From Ostreococcus lucimarinus (lineage: Eukaryota): 64,000 nucleotides of DNA. Location: assembly GCA_000092065.1 (NCBI GenBank), contig CP000582.1; one strand, 5' to 3'. The text below holds more notes on this DNA, generated by a model, which was given only the letters and a program-made list of their open reading frames with translations, made no database searches and was not told the DNA's origin. Positions within the stretch are counted from its first letter, which is position 1. The letters are not shown here.

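Overview
This 64-kb window looks like nuclear DNA from a compact, very GC-rich green alga. Most genes are single-exon, two short GT-AG introns were found, and CDC25, Toc75 and LTV1 are present. By inference this points to a Mamiellophyceae/Micromonas-like picoalga. The window has two compositional halves. Positions 1-25.2 kb are about 65-70% GC and densely packed with ordinary nuclear genes on both strands: a DUF547/glutaredoxin-like protein, a CDC25 phosphatase, myo-inositol-1-phosphate synthase, a spliced YqgE/AlgH (DUF179) gene, an RluA pseudouridine synthase divergently paired with a CobW/ZNG1 GTPase, an ABC1/UbiB kinase, a 2-oxoglutarate dehydrogenase E2 with two lipoyl domains, and a GNAT acetyltransferase. 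An intact hAT-family transposase with noticeably lower GC sits among them. At about 25.2 kb the GC content drops sharply to about 40-52%. This low-GC block carries a two-exon Toc75/OEP80 gene (with poly-Gly and poly-Asp tracts), an LTV1 homologue, and then, from 29,676 to the window edge, a single uninterrupted minus-strand ORF of at least 11,429 codons. This ORF encodes a giant modular type I megasynthase. By eye it contains at least 9 KS-type domains, multiple DH/KR/ACP sets, one ER, an embedded NRPS-like C / degenerate-A / PCP module, and no recognisable cis-AT anywhere, so it is trans-AT-like. Its C-terminus is a sulfotransferase followed by a thioesterase-like alpha/beta-hydrolase domain, preceded by a catalytically dead KS. 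That arrangement recalls the CurM/olefin-synthase offloading logic. Inside the gene a 3,702-bp unit (DH-KR-ACP-KS) is tandemly repeated about 2.34 times at near identity. The supplied ORF track translates non-ATG starts (GTG/TTG) as M, so several listed ORF starts were moved to the first real ATG. All plus-strand ORFs between 29.7 and 64 kb are antisense artefacts of the megasynthase.
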